Assembly (NCBI RefSeq): GCF_003428155.1
Contig: NZ_QLIR01000002.1
Coordinates: 120,001 to 152,000 of the forward strand
DNA: 32,000 nt
From: Fastidiosibacter lacustris
GTDB lineage: Bacteria > Pseudomonadota > Gammaproteobacteria > Francisellales > Francisellaceae
Direction: 5' to 3'
Below the pieces are notes generated by a model, which had not been told where the DNA came from, searched no databases, and saw only the letters and a program-made list of their open reading frames with translations. Shown in pieces: positions 1 through 9,025 of this stretch (positions are counted from its first letter, which is position 1; each line of letters starts with the position of its first letter). A program made the translations under genes and the position numbers.

Positions 1-2
1 AT

Positions 3-338
3 TACATTGTAAATGAAGCTGTTGTGGCTGAGTTTATCAAATCTATGTTATTAAGTGTAAAGGGTGATAAAGCGTATGAAAGTTTTGTTGATGAAGTATC
101 ATGGTCGATTTTACAAGCTGGTTTAAAAAGTTTTAACAAAACACAGATGACACAATCTGTATTTAAAAATTTCATGATTAACGGTAACAACTTTAGCGTT
201 GAATTAGTCGATAAAAACAACAAAGCAATTTTGATGATTTCTGGGAGGTTTGTTCATCAGCCACTTGAAACACAAAAACAGGTGAATATAAATCCTTTAG
301 GAATTTATATTCAAAAACTGACAATCCAAAGGTTGTAA
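3..338 (+). CDS. C-terminal part of a VirB8/TrbF-fold T4SS protein (5' end outside window)
   Basis: The frame is open to the window start (YIVNEAVVAEFIKSMLLSVKGD...). It ends ...VNINPLGIYIQKLTIQRL; the NPLGIY motif is typical of TrbF C-termini. The next gene has a similar ending (IINPLGLKLGFF). Confidence 0.6.
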   Translation, partial: YIVNEAVVAEFIKSMLLSVKGDKAYESFVDEVSWSILQAGLKSFNKTQMTQSVFKNFMINGNNFSVELVDKNNKAILMISGRFVHQPLETQKQVNINPLGIYIQKLTIQRL

Positions 339-341
339 TGA

Positions 342-1010
342 ATGAAAGAAGAGCAACAAGGTAAAACAAACTATCAACGAGCCTATGAAGAGTGGGAAGC
401 TCGTATTGGTAGTGCTAAAAAGCAAGCACGTAATTGGATGATGGCAAGCATTGCGATTTTGATTATTTGTATTTTATTAGTGCTAGCAATTATCATCGAA
501 GCAAATAGACAAAAAATGTATGTTTACGTTGCCGAAGTAAAACCACAAGAAAGTGTTGTCAATGTCCAAACAGCTTCACAGAGTTATGTTCCAACGGTGG
601 CGCAGAAAATTTCGTTTGCAAGTGACTTCATTAAGAATATTACTGAAATTCCGCTTGATCCTATTGTTTTAAATCGCCAATGGCAAGCAGCACTACTTTC
701 TGTATCAGGGCGAGCAGAAGATCAACTCAAACAAGTGTATCAAGCGCTTAACCCGTTAAAGTTGATTGGTGATAAAACCATTACCACAGTGGTGACAAAT
801 GCAAATGAAGCGAGTAATAATAGTTTTGAAATCACGTTTCAAACGACAACTTATAACAGAGATGGTGCAGTTGAGAGTGTAAAAATTTACTCTGGAATTT
901 TTACTTTCTCACCCAGCATTCCACCAAAAACTTTAAACCAAATGATCATTAATCCATTAGGGTTAAAATTAGGGTTCTTCTCATTTAGCGAAAAAGGATC
1001 AAGTCAATGA
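342..1010 (+). CDS. trbF: TrbF/VirB8-like T4SS inner-membrane protein
   Basis: Short cytoplasmic N-terminus, one TM (MMASIAILIICILLVLAIII), then 'FIKNITEIPLDPIVLNRQW' and a C-terminal 'NQMIINPLGLKLGFFSFS', matching VirB8/TrbF architecture. Located directly upstream of trbG. Confidence 0.8.
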   Translation: MKEEQQGKTNYQRAYEEWEARIGSAKKQARNWMMASIAILIICILLVLAIIIEANRQKMYVYVAEVKPQESVVNVQTASQSYVPTVAQKISFASDFIKNITEIPLDPIVLNRQWQAALLSVSGRAEDQLKQVYQALNPLKLIGDKTITTVVTNANEASNNSFEITFQTTTYNRDGAVESVKIYSGIFTFSPSIPPKTLNQMIINPLGLKLGFFSFSEKGSSQ

Positions 1011-2038
1011 AATTGAAAAAAATAAGCCATTTACTTCCAATAACCACTATTGTAATGCTAGGTTGTGCAACCAATAGTTATCAAGGTGATATTGATTCAG
1101 GTAAATTTGTTGAAGCAAAGCAAGAAGGTAGTGCAGGTGCTAAAGTAATTCGTGAGTATATTCCTGTGCCTATGCCAGGACAACTTCGCCCTGTACCAAA
1201 TGCAGAAGTTGAAAAAACGACACAAAAACCAATTTTGACAAAAGAGCAAGTAGTTGCACAAGCGAATAAAAATGCACAACACTTTCCGGATCAAAACGAT
1301 TTCTTTAATGCAATGATGACATATAGTTATATGCCAGGTGCGATGTACACAATTTATACAGCACCTCTTAACATTACAGATATCGTCTTTGAACCTAATG
1401 AAAAAATCATTTCGCAAGCAGCAGGTGATACACTTAGATGGCAGATAGCATCTACTTATAGTGGCGAAGGAAAAGATTTGCGTTGGCATATTTTAGTTAA
1501 GCCACAAAAATCTGACCTTACTAACTCAATGATTATCACAACAAATAAGCGGACGTATCACGTGATCTTGAAATCAGTAGATCCAGATCAGGCAATGGTT
1601 TCAGTTAGATGGCAATACCCAAGTGATATGGTGCAAGGCTTTAATGGTGGTAATTTAGGGAATTTGAATGCTGGAGTTGAAAATAGTACATTACTGCCAC
1701 CACCACAACAATTATCAGGTATGGATTTAAATTTATCAGAGATGAAGTTTAACTATACTTGGAGCATGTTAAAAGGTGATACGCCAGCGTGGTACCCTGA
1801 GCAGATCTTTAGCTCAGGACATCAAACTTATATCAAATTCCCACATGAAGTCGTAGTCAGTAATGCGACGATGCCTGTCCCATTTATTAAATCAAATGAT
1901 GGTGGTTATGGTACGGCAAACTTCAACTGGCGGATGAAAGGCGATTATATGATTGTCGATACAGTAATCAAAGATGCATATTTGAAAATTGGAACAAAAC
2001 AATCTGGTGAAACAGTCGTTGAAATTTCACAAAAATAA
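1007..2038 (+). CDS. trbG: TrbG/VirB9-like T4SS outer-membrane core protein with apparent lipobox
   Basis: N-terminus ITTIVMLGC|ATNS; VirB9-type blocks 'LNITDIVFEPNEKIISQAAGDTLRWQI', 'NKRTYHVILKSV', 'AMVSVRWQYP', 'TYIKFPHEV'. Overlaps trbF by 4 nt. Confidence 0.85.
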   Translation: MKLKKISHLLPITTIVMLGCATNSYQGDIDSGKFVEAKQEGSAGAKVIREYIPVPMPGQLRPVPNAEVEKTTQKPILTKEQVVAQANKNAQHFPDQNDFFNAMMTYSYMPGAMYTIYTAPLNITDIVFEPNEKIISQAAGDTLRWQIASTYSGEGKDLRWHILVKPQKSDLTNSMIITTNKRTYHVILKSVDPDQAMVSVRWQYPSDMVQGFNGGNLGNLNAGVENSTLLPPPQQLSGMDLNLSEMKFNYTWSMLKGDTPAWYPEQIFSSGHQTYIKFPHEVVVSNATMPVPFIKSNDGGYGTANFNWRMKGDYMIVDTVIKDAYLKIGTKQSGETVVEISQK

Positions 2039-2056
2039 ATATAATCAAGGGTTATT

Positions 2057-3319
2057 ATGGCTAAGAAAGAGCAAGATAAACTTTCGGTAAGAACAACGCC
2101 ACCAAGGTCATCTGAGCTAAACAAAAAGTTAATTACGTTCGTTGGCGGAGCATTATTACTTATCATTATCGTTGCATTTATTTTTTCAATTAATGCACCT
2201 AAAAAAACAACCACAGACATCAATAGCTCGAATCTTAGTGCCCATTCATCAGGACAGAATCTCAAGGTTTCAGATGAACTGTCTAGCTATAAAGATGCAC
2301 AAGCAATTCGTAAAAAGCTAGGGATGGATCAACCCGTTAAGGTCGTTCAACAGGAGAATCCAGAGTTGCAGCGCATGATTAATCAGCAGCGCTCACAACT
2401 GCAAGAGTTGCAAGTGCAAATTAATAACCTGAAAACTCAACCAATAGCACCACAAAAACCAACTGAGCCAAGTTACTCACCAATGGATCGGGAGGCGATG
2501 AATGCGCCGATTTTCTTTGGTGGTGGAGCGCCTCGCCCAATTCCACAAGATAATCAGCAGCCAGAAAAAGCAGCTCAAGATGGTCAACAAACTGGAAAAA
2601 CAGCAGAAGAGCAGAGAGAGAACTTCATGAAAGGCGGGCTTACGGCTAAGGATATTACCAATCAAAACATAATTCAAAAACCCATATCTGACAACGTCAT
2701 TATGGCGGGTAACTCAATTCCTGCGATTTTGCAAACAAAAATTATTTCAGACTTGCCAGGTACAATTGTTGCTCGTGTGTCAAAAGATGTCTACGATACT
2801 TTAAGTGGAGGGGTGTTACTGATCCCACGTGGTAGTTCCTTGATTGGTCAGTATAACTCTCAAACTGTCTATGGTGATACCAGTGTCCAGGTAAAATTTA
2901 TTCGTTTGATTAGACCAGATGGTACATCAATTATTTTACCAAATCAGCAAGGCATGGATGACTCAGGAGTATCAGGCTTAGCAGATGAAGTGAATAATCA
3001 CTGGGGACAACTCATTGGTGCTGCGGCATTATCAACTGTATTTAATGTGCCAGCAGTAGCGGCTCAGGTAGCCAGCCAACAAAGTGGTGCAGTTTGTACT
3101 GTCAATAGCGATGGAACCAAAAGCTGTACACCCGACTATGGCCAAGTAGCGCAAAGCTCAGTATTGCAAAGCTTAGGTCAAACAGCAACTCAAGTAGGTG
3201 GTAAGGTTACAGAGCGTGCAATGAATATTAAACCTACAATTACTATTAACGCAGGTAAAGAATTTTCTGTTTTGGTCACTAAAGACACTTATTTACCGCC
3301 TTATGGGCAGAGTGAATAA
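2057..3319 (+). CDS. trbI: TrbI/VirB10-like T4SS protein
   Basis: N-terminal TM, Pro/Gln-rich linker, and VirB10/TrbI C-terminal domain (SIPAILQTKIISDLPGTIVARVSKDVYDTLSGGVLLIPRGSSLIGQY ... ITINAGKEFSVLVTKDTYL). Confidence 0.88.
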   Translation: MAKKEQDKLSVRTTPPRSSELNKKLITFVGGALLLIIIVAFIFSINAPKKTTTDINSSNLSAHSSGQNLKVSDELSSYKDAQAIRKKLGMDQPVKVVQQENPELQRMINQQRSQLQELQVQINNLKTQPIAPQKPTEPSYSPMDREAMNAPIFFGGGAPRPIPQDNQQPEKAAQDGQQTGKTAEEQRENFMKGGLTAKDITNQNIIQKPISDNVIMAGNSIPAILQTKIISDLPGTIVARVSKDVYDTLSGGVLLIPRGSSLIGQYNSQTVYGDTSVQVKFIRLIRPDGTSIILPNQQGMDDSGVSGLADEVNNHWGQLIGAAALSTVFNVPAVAAQVASQQSGAVCTVNSDGTKSCTPDYGQVAQSSVLQSLGQTATQVGGKVTERAMNIKPTITINAGKEFSVLVTKDTYLPPYGQSE

Positions 3320-3690
3320 TGAAGCGCGGAATAATTTTACTGTTGACGATATTGAGCTTACATGCCTATGGCAATGACTATGGTTCGGATAATGGTAACA
3401 ATATGTATGGTAATACTCCTGCAACCTCAGCAACTAATAATAGCAGTAATAACAATAATAATGCGCAAGGAAATCAGCAGCTTCTGCAAGAGATGAATAA
3501 GAAAACCTCTAAAGGTTTGAAAGTTTTTGATAAATTGTTACGGGATGACGGTCAATCAAAAGAAGACTTTCTTGCCGATGTGGGACAAAATCCAACTGCT
3601 GATCAGTTTGAAGGTGGTGATAGTAGTGGTGGTCGTGTTGAAAACCCGTTTGCAAAAATATTGGGTGCTGATGCACAAAGTAATCAATAG
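3319..3690 (+). CDS. Small exported Asn/Gly/Ser-rich protein of the trb cluster, unknown function
   Basis: Signal-peptide-like MKRGIILLLTILSLHAYG, then a low-complexity NNSSNNNNNAQGNQQ tract. Start overlaps the trbI stop by 1 nt, with trbL immediately downstream. Confidence 0.6.
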   Translation: MKRGIILLLTILSLHAYGNDYGSDNGNNMYGNTPATSATNNSSNNNNNAQGNQQLLQEMNKKTSKGLKVFDKLLRDDGQSKEDFLADVGQNPTADQFEGGDSSGGRVENPFAKILGADAQSNQ

Positions 3691-3697
3691 GTAAATT

Positions 3698-4831
3698 ATG
3701 GCAGATGTAACAAATGTTTTAGGTACACGGTTATTAGACGATATCCAGTTTGGATTTATTGGGCAGATCAATCAGCAGCTTAGCACATTACAGAATTCTG
3801 CTTTAGCATTGTTAGCAATTGTTGCAGGATTAGAGCTTGTTATATTTGGATTAGTCTGGATTATTAAACATGACGAAGGTGTAGGCAATCTTATCGTTAA
3901 GATCATTAAGATTGGTTTTTTCTTTACAATCGTTAAGTATTTCCCCGAATTGCTAAACATGATTTTAGTTACCTTTCTTAAAGTAGGTTATATTATAGCA
4001 CCTGAAAAATCGCAAGCGTTATTGTATAGTCCTGGTAAGGTTTGGGTGATAGGTTTTAAAGCTGGAGTGTCGACGATGAAGATCTCAGTAGAGTATGGTA
4101 CATTTAATGTGGGACTTTCTATGCTTTACTTGATTTTAGGAATGGGACTTCTCTTGATTTTTGCTGCTATTGGTGCGCAGATTATTATTTCTGTAGTATT
4201 ATTCTATTTTGTTGCGGTTTTATCATTAATTGTGGTGCCTTTAGGTGTGTTTAAACCGACTCAGGATTTATTCTATAAAGCGATTCAGCATTTGTTGCGT
4301 ACAGGCGTTAGATTGCTAGCAGTGATTTTTATTTTAGGAGTTGCATTTACATTGTTCCAAAGCTTAAAAATTACATCAATTAGTGATTCAACCAGTTTAG
4401 AGAAACCATTAGCATTATTTTTTACGTCGTTTATCTTACTGATTCTGATTTATACTTTGCCTTCTTATTTGGCAAGAGCAGTTGGTAAACCGGGTGGCAA
4501 TATCTTCCAAAATATGATGGCCCCTGCAACGGCAAATGTTGTCGTATCACCGTCGATGCAATCCACACATGTTTCAGTATCTCCTGTGGGAGCTGCTGCG
4601 TCTATGCATGGTGTAGCAGGTTCTAGTGTCGCAATGGGTGGAGCGGTACAATCAGGTGCTACTATTGTATCAGGTGGATCTTATGCAGGTAGTGGAAATA
4701 CAAATGTCAACGTTTCAACCACTGTTCAAGGTGCTTCACTTAATAGTCGTAAGCAAGACAAAGTAGCAGAGGCTTCAACTGTTAACAAGAGTATTTCCGA
4801 TAGTACCATACGTAAAATTAAAGAAGATTAA
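3698..4831 (+). CDS. trbL: TrbL/VirB6-like polytopic T4SS membrane protein
   Basis: Several TM segments, a Gly/Ala/Ser-rich hydrophilic C-terminus, and position between trbI and traF/trbB. Confidence 0.8.
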   Translation: MADVTNVLGTRLLDDIQFGFIGQINQQLSTLQNSALALLAIVAGLELVIFGLVWIIKHDEGVGNLIVKIIKIGFFFTIVKYFPELLNMILVTFLKVGYIIAPEKSQALLYSPGKVWVIGFKAGVSTMKISVEYGTFNVGLSMLYLILGMGLLLIFAAIGAQIIISVVLFYFVAVLSLIVVPLGVFKPTQDLFYKAIQHLLRTGVRLLAVIFILGVAFTLFQSLKITSISDSTSLEKPLALFFTSFILLILIYTLPSYLARAVGKPGGNIFQNMMAPATANVVVSPSMQSTHVSVSPVGAAASMHGVAGSSVAMGGAVQSGATIVSGGSYAGSGNTNVNVSTTVQGASLNSRKQDKVAEASTVNKSISDSTIRKIKED

Positions 4832-4836
4832 AATAA

Positions 4837-5337
4837 ATGATCCGCTTTGAAGCACTTTATAAGGGACTTATTACCATTGTAATTTTTTACGTTATATATT
4901 GGATATTGTACACCTTTCATATAGGTTTTATTAAACAACTTACACCAAGTATGCCACAAGGGTGGTATTTTACTTATCCAGTGATTGCGTTAGATAAAGG
5001 TGATAACGTTGTTTTTATGCCTAATACGCAAACAGAAGATTATGTAGTTGAACGTGGTTGGTTGCCAACTGGAGTGCCATTTATAAAGAAAGTTGTTGGA
5101 TTACCTGGGGATTTTCTATGTATAAAGGATCAATCCGTTTATATTAATGAGAAGTGGATTGCAAGCGTATATATCAAAGATGATAAAGGCAGGTCATTAC
5201 CTGTATTTAGGTACTGTGCACAAATCCCAAAAGATCAATATTTTATGCAAGGTGTTGCCCATTCTCATTCTTTTGATAGTCGATATTATGGGCTTGTTAG
5301 CCGTAACCAAATTGTGAGTAAGGCAATAAAGTTATGA
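4837..5337 (+). CDS. traF: TraF-like S26 family signal peptidase of a P-type T4SS
   Basis: Motifs 'LTPSMPQGWYF' (nucleophile Ser context), 'PFIKKVVGLPGDFL' (Lys and GD motif) and 'HSFDSRYYG'. N-terminal TM. Confidence 0.8.
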   Translation: MIRFEALYKGLITIVIFYVIYWILYTFHIGFIKQLTPSMPQGWYFTYPVIALDKGDNVVFMPNTQTEDYVVERGWLPTGVPFIKKVVGLPGDFLCIKDQSVYINEKWIASVYIKDDKGRSLPVFRYCAQIPKDQYFMQGVAHSHSFDSRYYGLVSRNQIVSKAIKL

Positions 5338-6284
5338 TACAAAGAGTATTAATTGAAGAACGCCAATTAAACATGCTAAGAACAGCATTTGGTCAGCAGA
5401 TTATGGCGTATTTATATGATGATAAAATTATTGAAATCATGTTAAACCCAGATGGTCGAGTACATTATGAACGTATTGGTGAGGGAAAGGTTGCAACCGA
5501 TATTTATATTCCAGCAGAGCAAAGTGAGAATATCGTTAAGCTTGTTGCTTCATTTAAGAATCACGTGGCTAATGAGGAGCACCCTGAAGTAGCTGCTGAG
5601 TTGCCATTCCAAGGTGCACGTTTTCAAGGTTGGTTACCTCCTGTTGTAAATCGTGCTTGTTTTTCGATCCGAAGACGTGCGATTGCAATTTTTACTTTGG
5701 ACCAATACGTTGAGCAAGGTGCATTAACCAATAATCAGTCAGAAGGGTTAAAACGTGCTGTGCATGAACGTAAAAACATTGTCGTGGTTGGCGGAACGGG
5801 TTCAGGTAAAACCACATTTTGTAATGCATTATTGGCTGAACTAACAGGTAGTCAAGATCGTGTGCTGGTGATAGAGGATTTACCAGAGTTACAGGTAGAC
5901 GTTGACGATTTGGTGTCGATGACAACAACCTCTTTTGTTAGTATGCGGGAATTAGTAAAGGGTTCGTTGAGAATGCGTCCAGATCGGATTATTATTGGCG
6001 AAGTTCGAGATGGTTCTGCCTTGGACTTGTTGAAAGCTTGGAATACAGGGCACCCAGGGGGAGTATGTACGATTCACGCCAACAGCGTAGAATCAACACC
6101 TTACCGCTTTGAGGATTTGATTCAAGAAGCCGTAGTAACTGTACCTAGAACACTTATTTTACAAGCAATAGACCTTATTGTTTTTATTGCCAGAGATAGA
6201 GCAGGCAAGCGTAAGATTACCGATTTGGTTGAATTATCTGGTTATCAAAATAATCAATATCTATTAACGCCTTATAAAGTATAG
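5334..6284 (+). CDS. trbB: TrbB/VirB11-like T4SS ATPase
   Basis: Walker A 'VVGGTGSGKTTFCNALLAEL', 'VLVIEDLPEL', 'RMRPDRIIIGEVRDGSALDLLKAWNTGHPGGVCTIHAN'. ATGA overlap with the traF stop. Confidence 0.92.
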   Translation: MIQRVLIEERQLNMLRTAFGQQIMAYLYDDKIIEIMLNPDGRVHYERIGEGKVATDIYIPAEQSENIVKLVASFKNHVANEEHPEVAAELPFQGARFQGWLPPVVNRACFSIRRRAIAIFTLDQYVEQGALTNNQSEGLKRAVHERKNIVVVGGTGSGKTTFCNALLAELTGSQDRVLVIEDLPELQVDVDDLVSMTTTSFVSMRELVKGSLRMRPDRIIIGEVRDGSALDLLKAWNTGHPGGVCTIHANSVESTPYRFEDLIQEAVVTVPRTLILQAIDLIVFIARDRAGKRKITDLVELSGYQNNQYLLTPYKV

Positions 6285-6346
6285 TATTTACACTGTTTTT
6301 CTTACGAAGCTTAGTTATACTATAGACAGTTTTATTTAATGGACTA

Positions 6347-7306
6347 ATGTGCATGTTGTCATTTTTGTTATCACGCTTGCAAAGCAGAACACTTATTGCA
6401 ATTGATTGGTCAGATCGCTATTTGCGCATAGTCGTTTTAAAGAAAAAAGCTATAGGTCAGTATGTATTGGAAGTCGCAGATTGCGAAGTATTGGAAGCAG
6501 GGATCATCGAGAATAATCAAATTATTGATTTCGCAACTGTGGCTGAAACGCTCATCGATTTGTTAAAACGAAATAAGGTGAAGAGCAAAAAAGTAGGATT
6601 TGTCTTAAGCAGCACCAATGTTATTAGCAAAACAATACAGATAGATAAAGGACTTAACGAAACACAACTTAAAGATGCGATCTTATTAGACTTCAATAAA
6701 TACGTTTCTTATCCGGTTGAAGATACATTTTTTGATTTTAAGTTAATACCACAAAGTGATAGTACTAGCCAAGCACTATTACTTATTGCAGCACATAAAG
6801 ACCACATTGAACAATATCAACGTTTGGCTAAAATCTGTAGGTTATCGATTGAGGTTATTGATGTTGATAGTTATGTGTTGCAGCGTTATATGCAGATTTT
6901 TCATGTCAGTTATAATGAAGATTATAATGTGCTCGTCTGTTTGAATTATAAACGATTTAAGATTCACATCTTTGATAATGATAATATTTACCTAGCTGAA
7001 CATAAAAGCGTTTCTGCAAGCTTAAACGAAGAAGACTATTTGAATACACTTTCCGCTTGGCTTATACGTAATTTGCAGATGTTTGATGTATCTAATAAAG
7101 GTAAAAAACTTGAGCGATTGATGCTTTATGGTGATCGTGTTGAGATTGATAATTTGACGCAAGTAGTAAAAGACTTTACAGGGCTAGAGGCCATAATGAT
7201 CAATCCTTTTACTCATTTGTTGAATATGAACCAAGCTCAACAAATTAAGCATGGTGCAGGTTATGTCCTTACGGTTGGTTTAGCAACAAGAGAAGGAATC
7301 AGCTGA
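6347..7306 (+). CDS. pilM: Type IV pilus inner-membrane platform protein PilM
   Basis: Actin-like ATPase fold start 'LIAIDWSDRYLRIVVLKK...YVLEVADCEVLEAGIIENNQIID'. First gene of pilMNOPQ. Confidence 0.82.
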   Translation: MCMLSFLLSRLQSRTLIAIDWSDRYLRIVVLKKKAIGQYVLEVADCEVLEAGIIENNQIIDFATVAETLIDLLKRNKVKSKKVGFVLSSTNVISKTIQIDKGLNETQLKDAILLDFNKYVSYPVEDTFFDFKLIPQSDSTSQALLLIAAHKDHIEQYQRLAKICRLSIEVIDVDSYVLQRYMQIFHVSYNEDYNVLVCLNYKRFKIHIFDNDNIYLAEHKSVSASLNEEDYLNTLSAWLIRNLQMFDVSNKGKKLERLMLYGDRVEIDNLTQVVKDFTGLEAIMINPFTHLLNMNQAQQIKHGAGYVLTVGLATREGIS

Positions 7307-7869
7307 TGCACGAATTTAACTTATTGCCGTGGCGACAAATTTGTCAAAAGAGGCATTTGCAAGCACTTCTTTTTGACTTGATTTTCGTAGCACTAATAGG
7401 TGTTTTAATTACAATTATTTGGGTGATCATCGCTTCACAAGGATTGTCGAATCAATATAAGCGCAATAATTATTTAAAAGAGCAAACTACAGTTTATGCA
7501 AAAGAAAATGCTCGCATCGTTAAATTAGAGGAGGAAAAGATAGCATTATTGGGAAAAATTGAGCTATTAAACAATTTAGAAACTGAGCGTCAGAGAGTAT
7601 TATCAGTTTGGTCGGGCTTATCTTCAGCTTTGCCTACATCCGTTTATCTAACGAGCATCCACAAAAATAAAAATGAACTTTCATTTGAAGGACGTGCTGA
7701 GCATAGTAAAGCAGTTGCACAATTGATGCGTGCCTTAGAAAACGATCCAACTTTTGATAGACCAGTGTTATCTAATATTAGTTTAATTGGTAAGCCTGGT
7801 TATGGTGCTGAGAATGCCTTTAAAATAACTGTTAACATTACTCAAAAAATAAAAAAGGAACCACAATGA
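7306..7869 (+). CDS. pilN: Type IV pilus assembly protein PilN
   Basis: 'FNLLPWRQICQKRHLQALLFDLIFVALIGVLI', the PilN N-terminal motif plus TM. Syntenic between pilM and pilO. Confidence 0.85.
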   Translation: MHEFNLLPWRQICQKRHLQALLFDLIFVALIGVLITIIWVIIASQGLSNQYKRNNYLKEQTTVYAKENARIVKLEEEKIALLGKIELLNNLETERQRVLSVWSGLSSALPTSVYLTSIHKNKNELSFEGRAEHSKAVAQLMRALENDPTFDRPVLSNISLIGKPGYGAENAFKITVNITQKIKKEPQ

Positions 7870-8468
7870 AGAAGTTGATAATTGTGGTATTGGATAGCTT
7901 AAGCGTACAACCATTTTGGATCAAGCTTATTTTAAACTTAATCACCCTATTGTTCGTAATAGGGCTAGGTTATGTTACTGTAGTGAGTATGCGTTATCAA
8001 CAAAGAGAAAATGCCTTTGCTCTTGAGTCTCAGTATAAAGAACAGTTGGTTAAGAGTATTTCACGTAGTAAGGCGTTACCTATATTGGCACAGCAAGTAG
8101 AAACCTTACAAGAAATATTTAACTATTCGCTTGATGCGTTGCCTACCGATAGTGAGCTACCACAATTAATAGAACAGCTATCAGATTTAGCCTTTCAAAA
8201 TGGACTGCGTGTTAAGTTACTCAATCCACAACCATTGGAGTATAAAGAAAATTATGCAATTTTGGATATAGATCTGTCTTGTGATGGAACTTTTGAGCAA
8301 TTGTCTAATTTCGTTAATAAACTAGAAACATTACCGCGTATTATATTGATTGAAAACTATCGTATTGTGCCTTATACCTCAGTCAGTGAATATGGGATAT
8401 TACAAATGAGTATGAGCTTGCAAACTTTTAGCTTGAAGCTCAAACCAAATATGGGAGAAAACCAATGA
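7866..8468 (+). CDS. pilO: Type IV pilus assembly protein PilO
   Basis: Single N-terminal TM, coiled coil, ferredoxin-like C-terminal region (LSNFVNKLETLPRIILIENYRI). Position in operon. Confidence 0.82.
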   Translation: MKKLIIVVLDSLSVQPFWIKLILNLITLLFVIGLGYVTVVSMRYQQRENAFALESQYKEQLVKSISRSKALPILAQQVETLQEIFNYSLDALPTDSELPQLIEQLSDLAFQNGLRVKLLNPQPLEYKENYAILDIDLSCDGTFEQLSNFVNKLETLPRIILIENYRIVPYTSVSEYGILQMSMSLQTFSLKLKPNMGENQ

Positions 8469-9025
8469 AGGTTTGGTGCTTGATTTGGTTAGTAACACTT
8501 ATGTTGTTGCTTTGTGGAAAAAATGCGCTTGCCATGCAAACGGATTTAGTAAGTTACGTAAATGAAATTTCGGCTAAAACACCCGCACAGGAAATAGCAC
8601 CTTTACCAAAAATTAACGTAGTAAAAGTTCAACAGCTGAATTTAACCAACCTGCGTAATCCATTTGACACCCCAGCAAAACTACTCGTCAAAGAAGCACC
8701 TAAACAAGTTGTTGATGATAATAAGTACCAACCAAATTTAGCACGTAAAAGGCTGCCTTTAGAGCAAATTCCACTTGAAGACTTAAGATTTTCAGGTGTA
8801 ATTGAACAAGGCGATCAAATTTGGGCTATTATAACCAACATTAAAAATCATCATGCAAATGTTGTACAACTTGGAGACTATCTGGGGCGAGATTATGGAC
8901 GGATAGAGAAAATTACGGCAGAGTATGTAGAGATAGACGAGCGTAAAAAAGGAAAAGAAGGGAAATGGTACAAAGTAACAACGCTTTTAAAATTAAATCA
9001 GGTGGCTAAAAATGCTGAAAACTAA
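8465..9025 (+). CDS. pilP: Type IV pilus pilotin/secretin-associated protein PilP
   Basis: 'RNPFDTPA...KRLPLEQIPLEDLRFSGVIEQGDQIWAIITN...VQLGDYLGRDYGRI' is PilP-like. Position in operon. Confidence 0.85.
   Translation: MKVWCLIWLVTLMLLLCGKNALAMQTDLVSYVNEISAKTPAQEIAPLPKINVVKVQQLNLTNLRNPFDTPAKLLVKEAPKQVVDDNKYQPNLARKRLPLEQIPLEDLRFSGVIEQGDQIWAIITNIKNHHANVVQLGDYLGRDYGRIEKITAEYVEIDERKKGKEGKWYKVTTLLKLNQVAKNAEN

Noticed and set aside
2-223. 73-aa - strand ORF at the window edge
   Set aside because: Antisense to the TrbF-like fragment, whose C-terminal motif is convincing.
1097-1489. 130-aa - strand ORF, Cys/Phe-rich
   Set aside because: Antisense to trbG; composition typical of the complement of a real AT-rich coding sequence, no domain signature.
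1945-2265. 106-aa - strand ORF
   Set aside because: Antisense across the trbG/trbI junction; both + strand genes are well supported.
6285-6346. Promoter for pilMNOPQ (TATACT at 6316-6321)
   Set aside because: No acceptable -35 at 16-18 bp; noted only as a possible weak promoter, not listed as a feature.
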